Shown here: one piece after another, positions 11,818 to 23,500 of the stretch
How the letters are laid out: every line of letters begins with the position of its first letter
How positions within the stretch are numbered: position 1 is the stretch's first letter
Origin: Selaginella moellendorffii
Lineage: Eukaryota; Plantae; Lycopodiophyta
NCBI RefSeq assembly: GCF_000143415.4
Contig: NW_003314266.1
Coordinates: forward strand, 1,510,463 to 1,574,462
Direction of reading: 5' to 3'
DNA length: 64,000 nucleotides
The notes under the pieces: model-generated
The model's input: the letters and a program-made list of their open reading frames with translations, nothing else
The model's database searches: none
Told to the model about the DNA's origin: nothing
Translations under genes and position numbers: made by a program

Positions 11818-13474
11818 ATGGCAGAAGGAGCACGCTATTGCTTCATTGTGAGATGGCTCGATCCGACGAGTGCTCTGATTTGGAAGTACCAGTTTTTCTA
11901 CAACACCGCGGATTCTTCCATTGAAATGGTGGGCATGGATGTGTTCACGCTTTTGTTTCTCTTGACATCTTCTTGTTGTCCAGTATGATATTAAGAACCA
12001 AAAGATTTTTCTCAAGCGAGTTAGCCATCCGGAGATCCGGTTGGAGCATTTGTATATCGGTGGTACTTTTGTCTTGTATTCTAGGCAGCTTGTAGTCGAG
12101 GATTATGGTGACGATTTTACTCGCAAGGAGCTCTCAAATCTGCAAGAAACGTATGCTATTTCCTTTGTTTTTTTATTCATTCTTGTGCACTTCTGGTTAT
12201 GTTTCATCCGTGCAGGACCATAGCCGTGATAAAGCCTGATGCAATCGACAATGTGGGAAAGATTATAGACATAATATACAGCAATGGATTCCTTGTAAAG
12301 CAAATGAGGATGTGTAAGTTATCATCCCAGCAAGCGGCCCAGTTTTATAAAGCACACGCTGGGAAACATTTTTTCGGGTAAGATTTTTCTTCTACAACAT
12401 CTACAACCATTTCATTTTTGTGTCTTTCTCTTTCTTTTCAGTCACATTACAAGCCACATGTCAAGTGGCCCTTGTGTTGCTCTAGAACTTGTCGCGGAGG
12501 ACGCAATCAGTAAATGGAGGCTTCTTCTTGGTGAGATGGCTGTGTTCGTTAGAAGTGTTTGTGAGGAACGTTAAGCTTATTCTAAAGCCGGGTTTTCAAT
12601 AGACAGGTCCTACAGACAGCGTTGAAGCAAAGGTAAAAGCTCCCAGTTCTATCCGTGCGGAGTTTGGCAGCGACGAGACTAGAAACGCGTGCCATGGATC
12701 TGATTCTCCTTCTGCAGCAAAGCAGGTGTGAGCCTCGACTGAACTCCAGCATTGCTGATCAGTGTTTGTGGCCTTTCAGGAGTCAGACTTCTTTTTCAAG
12801 GACAAAAGCTTGGGATTTTGCGCAAAGCTGAAACATTGTACCTTATGCTTGATCAAGCCTCATGCTGTTTTTGACGGTAATCGACTCTTATCTCGATTCA
12901 CAAAAGCTAACCTTGACGCTGGGACTACAGGCTTTGCTGGAATCATCATCGACGCCATTCTCAAGAGATTCGTCATCACAGCCATGGAACTCGTCACATT
13001 TGGCCGTCCTAGCGCCTTGGACTTTTACGAGCTCTACAACGGTGTTTGCTCCGACTATCATGTAAGTATTCTTGCCTTCGACTTAATGACGAGCGCGTCC
13101 TTTTGCATGCAGGCAATGGCACAGGAGCTGTCTGTAGGTCCGTTCATTGCAATGGAAGTATGTTACGAAAGCGGTGATGACAACCCCGTGAACGATTTTC
13201 GAGACTTTTGTGGGCCTCCTGATGCTGCAATGTGTAAGGCTTTAAGACCGAGTACGCTCCGAGCGCAGTATGGTATTAACAAGGTAAGTAAAACGATCTT
13301 ACAGTGCGATCTTCTCGGTTTCCTGGCTAACTTGTTCTTATCAACCAGGTGAAAAACGCTATACACTGCACAGATCTTCCAGAGGACGGAGTCACAGAGT
13401 GCACGTACGTGTTCACGCACAAGTTCAATCCCACACAGGAAGCAACCGTGTACAAGAACCACAACCTGAGATAA
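11818..13474 (+). CDS. NME7: Nucleoside diphosphate kinase 7 (DM10 + two NDK domains; ciliary), multi-exon
   Basis: RYCFIVRWLDP...SIEMYDIKNQKIFLKR (DM10); TIAVIKPDA...NACHGSD; CTLCLIKPHAV...LRPSTLRAQYG...NAIHCTDLPEDG; TAA at 13472-13474. Confidence 0.9.
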
Positions 13475-13480
13475 GTAGAG

Positions 13481-15220
13481 TTAAGAGTCTTCTAACACGA
13501 AGCTAGATAGTTTGAAGACGGTCTTGGAATTCTCGTAGGGGGCGTAGAACCATCCGTCTATGGAGTAAATATTTGCAAGCAAATCGTAAGCTGATGTTTT
13601 CAGTGGATCTAACTCGAGTACAGATCGAGCAGCGCTTGCTCCTCGCTGGAGATCGCTGTAACTTCGGCAGGCTCCCAGGAAGCACGTCCACTCCAGAGCT
13701 TCCGGGACGAAAGGCATGTTTGCTATGAGATCTCTTGCGTAGCTCAAGTGGCCGGATCGTCCCAGGAGATCGATCACGCAGCAGTAGTGCTGCTTCGTCG
13801 GCTCCAACTTGAAATCGAGCTGCATGGACACGAAGCTCGCGATTCCATCGCGGACTTTCCCGGCGTGGCTGCAAGAGATGAGTCCTGAGATGAAAGTTAC
13901 ATCGTCTGGAGCTTCGACTAGCTTCACAAACTTGAAAATTTCGAGAGCTTCCAAGGCATGACCGTTCTGGGCATGCGCTCCCAGCATCGAGTTCCATGAG
14001 AGTATGGACTTCTCGGGCATTTGCTCGAAGAATCTTCTAACCAATGGGACATTCCCAGCCAGAGAATATGCCGAGAGAAGGATGTTCCATGACACGAGGT
14101 TCCTCCGCGGCATCACGTGAAACACCTCCATTGCATGCTCAAGATGCCCGTTCTGGGAATATCCCGTGAGAATAGAGTTCCACGAGACGATGCTGTGATG
14201 GGGCATCTTATCAAATATACGCTTTGCTTCGCTTATGTAACCACTAGCGGCATATGCCGCCAACATTGTTGTCCAGGAAAACACGTCAGCGGCATCTTGG
14301 AATCTCTCGAACAAGACACTGGCATTTTCCAGATGCCCAGCTTGGGTATATCCCAAAAGCATCGCGTTGAAAGATACGTTGTTTTGCTCCGGCATCCCAT
14401 CAAAAACGCGTTTCGAGTTCTCTAGATTCCCGCAACGGGAATATACTCCCACCATGGCATTCCACGCCACAGAATCCCTCTCGGGCATCTTTTCAAACAG
14501 TGCCTTAGCCCCAAGGATATGCCCTGCTTGGGCATATGCTGCGAGCATCGTTGTCCACGAGACTAGATTCCGTTGAGGCATCCGCCAGAATATCCCCGCG
14601 GCACTCTCCACGTTGGCATTTTGGGCGTGCGCATCCAGAAGTGCATTCCACGCCACTATGTCGTGCTGAGGCATATTCGCAAAGAAGTGCTGTAATTTGA
14701 GTATTTGCCCAGTGTAGGCAAATGCAGTGATTAGGGCTGTCCACGAAGCAAGCGTCCAGTAGGGCATTGCAAAGAACAAACGCTCGGCAGCTTCACATCG
14801 ACTAGATCTAGCGTAGATAGATAGCACCAAATTTAAAGAAACTAGATTCGGAGCTTCGATTTCTCGCGCGATCGCCATCGCCCTCTCCAAATCCCCAATC
14901 TGGGCATAAGCAGCTAGCATCGTATTGCACGCAACCGCGCTTCGCAGTGGGATCCGATCGAAGAGGGCCTGGGCTTCATCGAGGTCGCCGGCGCGGGCGT
15001 AGATCGAGATCATGATCGCCCACGAGTAGATATTGTTTTGGAGCGCTTGATCATCGAAGACCTTGCGGGCATCTGCCACGCTGCCGCATCGGGCATACAT
15101 TTGGATTAGGCTATTGCGCAGCAGCACCGAATCGCACTGCCAGGATGGAATCTGGGCATGGAGCTGGATCGCCACCGACAGAGCCTGGCATGTCTGGATT
15201 TGCTCGAGGTAAGTGTTCAT
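13481..15220 (-). CDS. PLS-class PPR protein, long SS-motif array with E domains, no DYW; intronless
   Basis: About 12 tandem ~31-aa motifs (xSWxxMLxAYAxxG...FxxMP) then ISCSHAGKV...HYCCVIDLLGRSGHL...W..FLGAC. First ATG is at 15220; the ORF track starts at TTG 15232. Confidence 0.92.
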   Translation of the reverse strand: MNTYLEQIQTCQALSVAIQLHAQIPSWQCDSVLLRNSLIQMYARCGSVADARKVFDDQALQNNIYSWAIMISIYARAGDLDEAQALFDRIPLRSAVACNTMLAAYAQIGDLERAMAIAREIEAPNLVSLNLVLSIYARSSRCEAAERLFFAMPYWTLASWTALITAFAYTGQILKLQHFFANMPQHDIVAWNALLDAHAQNANVESAAGIFWRMPQRNLVSWTTMLAAYAQAGHILGAKALFEKMPERDSVAWNAMVGVYSRCGNLENSKRVFDGMPEQNNVSFNAMLLGYTQAGHLENASVLFERFQDAADVFSWTTMLAAYAASGYISEAKRIFDKMPHHSIVSWNSILTGYSQNGHLEHAMEVFHVMPRRNLVSWNILLSAYSLAGNVPLVRRFFEQMPEKSILSWNSMLGAHAQNGHALEALEIFKFVKLVEAPDDVTFISGLISCSHAGKVRDGIASFVSMQLDFKLEPTKQHYCCVIDLLGRSGHLSYARDLIANMPFVPEALEWTCFLGACRSYSDLQRGASAARSVLELDPLKTSAYDLLANIYSIDGWFYAPYENSKTVFKLSSFVLEDS

Positions 15221-15622
15221 GGAGCCATTCAATGCCTAGGGGTCAAGCGCTCGAATCCCGGGACAACCGGCGAGAGCGAGACACGTACACGTACACACGC
15301 CCAGGTCCCACGTTCGAATCCGGGCCACTTCTTCTAGGCTATGGCTATGGCTACCGCCAAGCATTGGGGTCCTCCTCCTCTTCTTGGCGCGCTCGCGGCC
15401 GCGATGGATCTCTTCACCAAATCCTAACGACGCTCCTCCGGGACGATCCCACTGCTCCGCCAATTCGAGGCAAGTTCTTCCAGATCTCTCACCAGGAGAA
15501 AGAGGGCTTTGTCCCAGCGGTGAGTGTTAGTTCTTCGCTTTCTCCCGAGGAAATGTTGCTAGAAATCTGAGAGATTTCGTCACGGATTCTTGTAGCAGCA
15601 GAGAAGAAAGCGAGAGAGAGCC

Positions 15623-16807
15623 ATGATTCCGGGCCTCGCGCAACTGGGTCCAAGGAGACGAAGCAATCGCCAGCAGCAGCAGCAACAGGAGCTCGAGCAG
15701 CAACAAATAAATTCGCAAGAACATCGTTCCAGGCACTACCACCACCACCACTACCACCACCATCACCACCACCAGCATCATCACAGCAGACCAAGGGCCT
15801 CTACACGATTCCAGGTTCGTTCTTTCTCTCGATTCTTTCTTTTCTTTTCTTTGTTTCCACTTGATATTAACTTGGAGCTTCTTTTCCAGCATGGTGTTCT
15901 TGATCCACCCTCGCAAGGAACTAACACCACCACCAGCGAGACGGCCTCGTCCAGCCGCCCAGTGGAGCCTTTGTACTCTCAAACACACTCACACGACCGA
16001 CTCTTTCGTGCCAGGCTACCATTTTTACTCCAAAGACGCTCCGAGAGCGAGGCTCACAGGGCAGCTCTCGAGGCTCGCGGCCGTTTGGACGAGCGATTGC
16101 GAGAAGCTACATTCTTGGGCAGAAGGTAAATCACACTTTCGTGTTTTCCTGATGCTCAAAACATTTTTTTTTCTTCGACTTACGTGATTTCCTGATGCTC
16201 AAAACTTGGTTTTTCTTCGTCCAGGAATCCCGAGAATTCGCTGCCAAGGCTGGCGCAGTACTACTTCAACGCTCTCTTCTCGGACGAGGACGAGGAGAGC
16301 CTCGTCTGGGAGGACGAGCGCGAGTGGGAGGCGAGCTTGACCGAGTGGCTGGCGGGGAGAGTGTCCGGGTTTCGAGAATCCTGGCAGCCCGAGTGGATGA
16401 ACGACTTGCCGGCGTCGCCGATCCAGGGGCTGAGCAAGGCGGCAGTGAACGCTCTTCCCAGGGAGATTTACGGCCAGAAGCGATCCAGCAAGTGGAGATC
16501 GAGCAGCAAAGGTCCGGAGGAAGAACAGGTGGATTGCTCCGTGTGCCTGGAGCAGTTCTTGGCGGGACAGACTTTGCTGTGCTTGCCATGCAAGCACAAG
16601 TTCCACCCGGCTTGCCTCACGCCATGGCTGGAGCAGCACGAGCAGTGCCCGTATTGCAGAGCTCACATCCACAGCAGTAGCAGCGGCGCGGGAGGATCGA
16701 GCAAAGGTGGTGACGAGTTTGAGGATGATAATCTCTTGGCTTGGCTGGAAGCGTTCGAGACTGGAATGTCGAGGATGAGGTTCACTCCCAATGGCAGCAC
16801 CCGGTAG
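15623..16807 (+). CDS. RING-H2 E3 ubiquitin ligase with Gln/His-rich N-terminus, 3 exons
   Basis: CSVCLEQF...LPCKHKFHPACLTPWLEQHEQCPYCR (C3H2C3); EARGRLDERLR motif; introns at ~15815-15889 and ~16126-16225. Confidence 0.88.
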
Positions 16808-16974
16808 TCCAGCGAAAGCTTGTATATACTTTACATTGGAAAAATTCCAAGTGATTTGATGCTATGATAAGGATTTCTTGGACAGTTTCGCGTATGATAT
16901 CGATTTCTTTGACAAACTCCACGTAAACTTACACGTTCTTGTGGAAGTTAGACAAAGATTTGATACAGGGTTTA

Positions 16975-18358
16975 TTACGTAGTGTTTCTGTCAATGCCAT
17001 CGTCAAAAAAGTTTGAGTTTGTGACTACGTTTGTGTCAAGTTGCTTGTCAACCTTTTTCCTCCTGCGAGCTTCGAATTCCTCGAAACCATCCATCTGAGT
17101 ACATGATCCAGCATTAGAGCCTGGCTTTCCAGAGAAAATTGAATTACCCGATGAAGATCTTCCACAGTGATGGGATTGCCGTGAAGCGACAGAGTTTGCA
17201 AGGCGCTACAGCTCTTCAAAAGGGAGCTCGGCAGCTGATTCCACAAGAAGAAAAAACGAGTTTTGGAAAGGAAAAATGGTGAAACGAGTACTCAACTTGA
17301 GAGATTTTGTTCTCCGCGAGTACCAGCGTTTTGAGATGGCTTAGATTGCTCAGTGACTGTGGCAGCTGCTCGATCCTATTTCCTGAAAGAACAGAAAGAA
17401 AGCTCTCAAGACTATCAATTTCTTTTGTTGTTACGTACCACTTGCTTGGATTTCTTCGAGCGAGAAACAGCTGCCTATGGATTCTGGGAGGACTTTCACC
17501 TGGTTTTGGCTGATATCGAGAATAACCAGCTAGAGGAGATAAAAGAAAACGCTTGTAAGTTCCCATGCAAAGGATGTAATGTGACAAGCTTACGTTTCGT
17601 AGGCTTCCCATGGAGCTCGGCAAAGAGGACAAGTGATTGCTTGCAATAGACAAGCGTTCCAATCGCACCAAAAGCCCAACTGTGTGTGCAAACGGATGAA
17701 GAACGAAAAAGAAAAGAGAGAAAAGAACACTCACTCTCGTCCGGGAGCTCGGATAATTGGTTTGAATCAAGAGCGAGCGTTTTGAGCGACGTGAGCTTGA
17801 CGAAAGTTGAAGGGAGCCTTGTCAAGCTGTTTTCTACAAGGATCTTCAGGTGTAATTGGAACAAATACAATGAAATGCAAGGAGAGAAAAAAAAAAGAAA
17901 GCAGAACGAAAGGAAAACGAAGGTGAAAGTTACCAGTCTTTGGAGATTGTGGAGGGAGTCGATGCTAAGCGGGAGCTCACCTGGAATAATGTACCATCAT
18001 ATAAGTTGGAAGATAGAAAAATGAATCATTCGCAAAGGAAGAAGGAATGACGATGGTGGAGCTTGGAAGACAGAAAAAAAACCGGAAACAAGGAAGTAAG
18101 AAACGAACCTATCTTATTGCAAGACGCATCCAGAGTCCTGACCACCTTGGCGATCTCGAAGACTTCGCTCGGGATTGACTGACCCAAAAAAGGAGAAACA
18201 AATGAGTAAAGTCATACCAAGAGTCCTCGACATCAAATCGACCCGATAAGAAATGGATCAAAAACCTTCAAACGCGAATCTCGAAGGCCCACAATTCCCG
18301 TCGCCTTCCATTTGACTGCCCGCTTTCGAATAGCGCCTTTGCTCGAGCAGCAGCCCAT
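16975..18358 (-). CDS. Intracellular LRR protein (LRRC57/PIRL7-like) with MGCC acylation motif, multi-exon
   Basis: MGCCSSK...WKATGIVGLRDSRLK...VRTLDAS; repeated LxxLxLxxNxL; C-terminal DGFEEFEARRRKKVDKQ. Confidence 0.85.
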
Positions 18359-18771
18359 CTAAGCCTAGCGGGAAAAAAAAAAACACTTCAACTCTCTCCT
18401 CGCGAGAAAGCTCAAAGAAGAAGCAAAAGACCCTCCAATACTTTTTCCCCTCTTTGCCGAGTCAATCAGCTATAGCACACACGCCGTACACACGCAAAAT
18501 CGTACGGTAACTCCTCGTGAATATGTTGTCTTTGACAGGGACGCTTTTATAGCATCGCGTTGATCCATGGGGGACCAAGCTTGACGAAGAAATTCTCTGG
18601 GGAGAATTAGCACTGTGAAAACTGCTAAAGCCGAGGAGGAGACCTTTCTAAAACTTTAAAACTCGTGGTCACGGCCGAATATTGTTGACAAACCTTCCAG
18701 CTCGTCATTTAAAGTCCCAACAAGCGAGAGCTTGTTCTTTGTGCGTCCTCCTGTGTAGTCTCCTTTCTTTC

Positions 18772-19237
18772 ATGGACATGGCTAGAGTGGCGCTCTTGGG
18801 TGTTGCTTTAATGCTCATCGTCGGTAAGTCTCGAAGCGATCATCTATTTGGGTGATCCATTCTGATTGTTTCTTGATGGTCTCAAGGGATTTGCGAGGGA
18901 AACGAGTGGTGCATTGCAAACTCGAGCATTCGCAGCTATGCGTTTGAAGTGGCTCTCAACGAAACATGTCTGAAGGTCGACTGCTCGGCCATAAGTGAAG
19001 GAGGGGAGTGTTTCTCCCCAAACACACTCCCCTGGCATGCATCATACGCCTTTAATCTCTACTTCCAAAATAATGGGAGGACTCTGGCTGCTTGCCACGC
19101 TCTTGGAATGATTGTCCAAGAATACCCAGGTGAAACATTACATATCCTCACTCCTTTGCATATAATATCAATCTTTTCGTCTTTCAGTTCCTCCAAGTGC
19201 CAGCTATTGCCACTTTGCAAATGCCAGCATTTCTTGA
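18772..19237 (+). CDS. Small secreted X8 (CBM43, callose-binding) domain protein, 3 exons
   Basis: Signal peptide MDMARVALLGVALMLIVG; WCIAN...C..VDCSAISEGGECFSPNT..HASYAFNLYFQ; TGA at 19235-19237. Confidence 0.85.
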
Positions 19238-19329
19238 TCTGCCCACTTATTATATTTTGGAGTATATTTTGTCATATGCTTGCTATCCAAACGCTTCAGT
19301 TTTTGGAGGACTTCCTATCTTGAAAGAAA

Positions 19330-20500
19330 ACTCCAATAGTATAATACTTAATTCTCCCCCAACTAGTAACTAAAAGCATATTTGTTATAGGTTGGTAAAT
19401 ATTTAAATTAGAGTAGTAAACAAAAATAAATTATTTTAAAATTTTATCAATTAATATTTGTTATCAATTGGGTTTTCATGAATGAAAAATTTGCTATGCA
19501 TTGCATGTAGCAATGTTTGGTTTGCTTAATAGTAGTGTTATATTTACTTATTAATCCAACTGATCAAATAAAAGTTTAAAATTATAAATATATTTATAAT
19601 TTATAAACAAAAGATTAATATTATTGCATATAAACCATTAGATGGTAGAATAAAAAAGAATATACAAGAAAGTGTTTAAGAAAGTTTATAAATTATAACC
19701 ATATTTACAAATTATACTAATCTAAATGAATAAGGTAGAATATCTAAGCATATTCTAGGTATATCCACTACCATACCAATTTGCTTAAGCAAACCAAAAA
19801 TAACTAACAATCTTAAAATACTTCTTTGTAAAATAATTCCTTTAGCTAAATTTCTTATGAACAAAGTTTTAAAAAAACATAAGATAATTAAAAAAAATTT
19901 ATTTATTTATATGTGAAGCATTATCATACATAATAAAAATTTTACATTATAATATTTAATATATAATTTTTAAATTCTGGGTTTTATTTATTTTATTTTG
20001 AGGGAAGTGAGGTTGAATAATTAAAAAAAATTAATTAATGATATCTACATTGTTATTGTTAAACAAGTGGTCCCTAATATCTTACAAAACTTGTACTTTT
20101 TTCCAAGTTAGTTATTTATTATAATTATTTAATTTTGTCATGGTTTATTCATTTTTATTTTATATTTATTCTATATGGGTGGCGCTGCAGAGTCATGCCA
20201 GGACTCAAAGTATTATCATTTTCGAAGGCTAATAGATATTATAAATAAAAAACTATTTCAGAGAAGATATGTATTTAATAATATGAATATTAATAATTGA
20301 TAAAATATAAAAATTTATTTTAATAAAATTAAAGTAATAAATTATTTAGATAATTATAAAAAACATAAATTTTATGATATAAAAAAAATTATAGATCAAA
20401 TCAATTTAAAATATTAATAAGTATATTTACATTATAAATATGTATTACAGCTGAGCATATTAATTTTTAATTCCAAAATAAAAACAAAATATAAATGCAT
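19330..20500. other. Extremely AT-rich non-coding block
   Basis: Nearly pure A/T runs with no ORFs; borders the retroelement debris. Confidence 0.7.
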
Positions 20501-23500
20501 GGAATATGAAAATTGAATACAAGCTGGGCTTCTTCCACCAGGGAATGTTCTCATTCCTCATAATGTCTAACACTAGAGTTGGGGACATACCACTCTTGCA
20601 CCCGAAGTGCTCGCCAGAAGCTGCCAAAGCTGTAACACATAGATGCAAGGAAGCTGTGTATAGCATGGACAACCAAGGATTTCTCTATGGGGAGCTTCTG
20701 TTTACTAATGTAGCCATCTCAAAGGCCAAAAGTGGAGGCTACATTAGTATGCTAGTGGGATTCTCACAAGCCAGGCTTGTGGAGAGTAGTAATATCTACT
20801 GTTCCAAGGAGTGGTCTCATTTGGAGAGCATGCTCAAGGTTTTGCTAACCAAAGGACAACAAAGATGGATAAATGATCCTTATATGTTATACAAAGCACT
20901 ATTTCTCACTTGATTTAACCTTGTTCTTTTACACTAGATCAAGGCACCTCGAGATCACCGTCAAAGGCTTCAAGCACTGTTATTCCTACTTGCCTTCACG
21001 GAGTCTAGGGAGGCAATGGCAAAGGAGGAGCCAGGTACTGCAGTGGAATCACTGAGAAGATGTTTGAAGCGTCCACCCCCAACAATGAATTGCCTTTTGA
21101 CAGTGCCACCATCGTGAATGCAATGCCAGTGTTCTTGGCCAATGTTGGTTCCATGAAGTTGTAATTACTTTTTATGTCGTAAAAGCGATCCTTGGTGTTT
21201 GGCCCTTGTCCCACCAAACCATTTACCTATGGATGATAAACACTTGTGAAAGTATAGTATATCCCAACTGAGATGTTAAAACATAAAATGCCTCAATCAT
21301 AAATGCAAGACCATTATCAGCTTTAGACAGGATTGTTGAAATACCACTTGATTAAGGAAGAAGCACCCAACAGTAGTTGCAGACAGACTAGCAAAAGCAT
21401 TAACTCCACCTAGTGAGTCAAATAGTCAAAAACAATAATAATATACTTATTGCTAGTGGTTGACTATGGAAAAAGTCACATTAAATCAAACACCACTAAC
21501 TCAAACGAATGGAAAATGACAATTGGCTCCAATTGTTCTTCTATAATATGAAAGGGAGCTACACATATACTAGATAATATCAAGTTATATCTTTGGCCAA
21601 TAGAAAAATCTACGCAACTTCTCAGTCATATAACGATGTCCCATATACCCGTCTAGAAAAAGGAGAATCATGGTAAATATAAAGAAAGCATGGAATAAAA
21701 ATTGAAAACACCATTAGCTGTAAATAATCATCAGGATCCGTCCCCACAAAATAAAGAAGGTTGTTTTTAAGGTGATATTGAGAATATAAATGGTAAAATG
21801 ATAAGTCATTAGCATGTGATGCAAGATTCTTCAACCCATTATGAAATCTTCAAATTCATACTTCAACCTTTAGAGTTTCACGAACCTCGTCAAGAAAAGG
21901 TAAATCTTACTCTGCACCTTGTGGACAATAAACATCAAACATAGCAACTACCAATGGCATGGAATTCTTGTTCAAAAAATCTACAGATGCTAAAATAATA
22001 GGCTCATAAAAAATATGAGAAAAGAGCAAAAAAGGAAAAGGAGTTTGAGATAGGGTGTTAACATTAGCCATAAAACCCCCTTAGACAATGAACAACCTCA
22101 AAATTATATATCTAAAGCTTCAAAGCAGTATAATTAACCAAATTCTTCTGCTTCAATAATGAAGTAACTAAAACATGATTACTTTATAGTATTATCCAAG
22201 AACCTTGTACATATATATAAAGTTTCTCAAAACCCCAAACTACTACTAAACACTCATCTCTTGTATAGTAATTCACCTCTATTGGTTGTAATGTATGGCT
22301 AATTTATGTAATGGAATGGTGTTGACCAAGTGCTTTCTTGCATCAACACACCTCCAAAACCAATATCAAAAACATTTACGCAGTATCAAAAACATCCACC
22401 ATTATTTGAAAGAATTCCCTTTAGACAGGATTGCTAGAACACCACTCAAGTGATAAGGAAGTATCTAATAGTAGTTGCAGATACACTAGTAAGAGCACCA
22501 ACTTCCACCCAATGAGTCAAGTAATTAAAAGCAATAATGATAAACTCATTACTAGTAGTCCACTATGGAAAAGACTTCATTAGATTAAATGCCACCAATT
22601 CAAATAAATAGGAAACTACAATTGACTCTAATTATCCTTTCATAGCATAAGAGGAGTATTACGAGTTTGGCACCAAACACAACTACACACATACCAAATA
22701 ATATCACATCATATCTTTGACCAATAAAATGACCTGAGAAGCTTCTTGATCATACAATATATCCCATAGACCCACCTAGAATAGGAGAATCATTGTAGGC
22801 ATACAAAAAGTGTAAAATAAAGATTGAAGGCACCATCAACTATAAATGATCATTAGAATCTGTCCCCACAAAATAAAGAAGACTATTCTCAAGAGGATAT
22901 TGAGAATGTAAATACCAAAATAGCAAGTCATTAGCAAATGATGTTGGATTCTCAAACCCATCGTGAAGTCTTCGAATCTATAGCTCAATCTTTTGAACCT
23001 CATAATCCTCATCAAGAGAAGGTAAATTTTATTTTGCACCTTATGAACATTGAATATCAAGTATAATAATTGCCAATAACACAAAATCCTTGTCCAAAAA
23101 ATTCATAGATACTAAAACAATAAACTTATTAAAAACATGAGAAGAGAGTGAAGAAAGAAGAAGAGCTTGAGAAAGGGCATTAGCATCAACTATAGGACTC
23201 CTAGGGCAATGAACAACATCAAAATTATATATCTAAAACTTCAAAAACCTACTAACTAAGTTCTTTCGCTTCAATAATGAAGTAACTATAACATGATCAC
23301 TTTTTAGTAATATTCGAGAACTAGATATGGATCTCAAAAAGTTATTAACAACTCCTTCAGTTTTGGCATATTCTAACTACACTTGATTAATTTATAGACT
23401 AGATGAAAGGCGATATTGACAACTTCAACAATGTTCACAATGGTGTAATATAATCAAAAAGATGATCAACAAAATGGCTGAGATATTGCACCTTGCCTAA

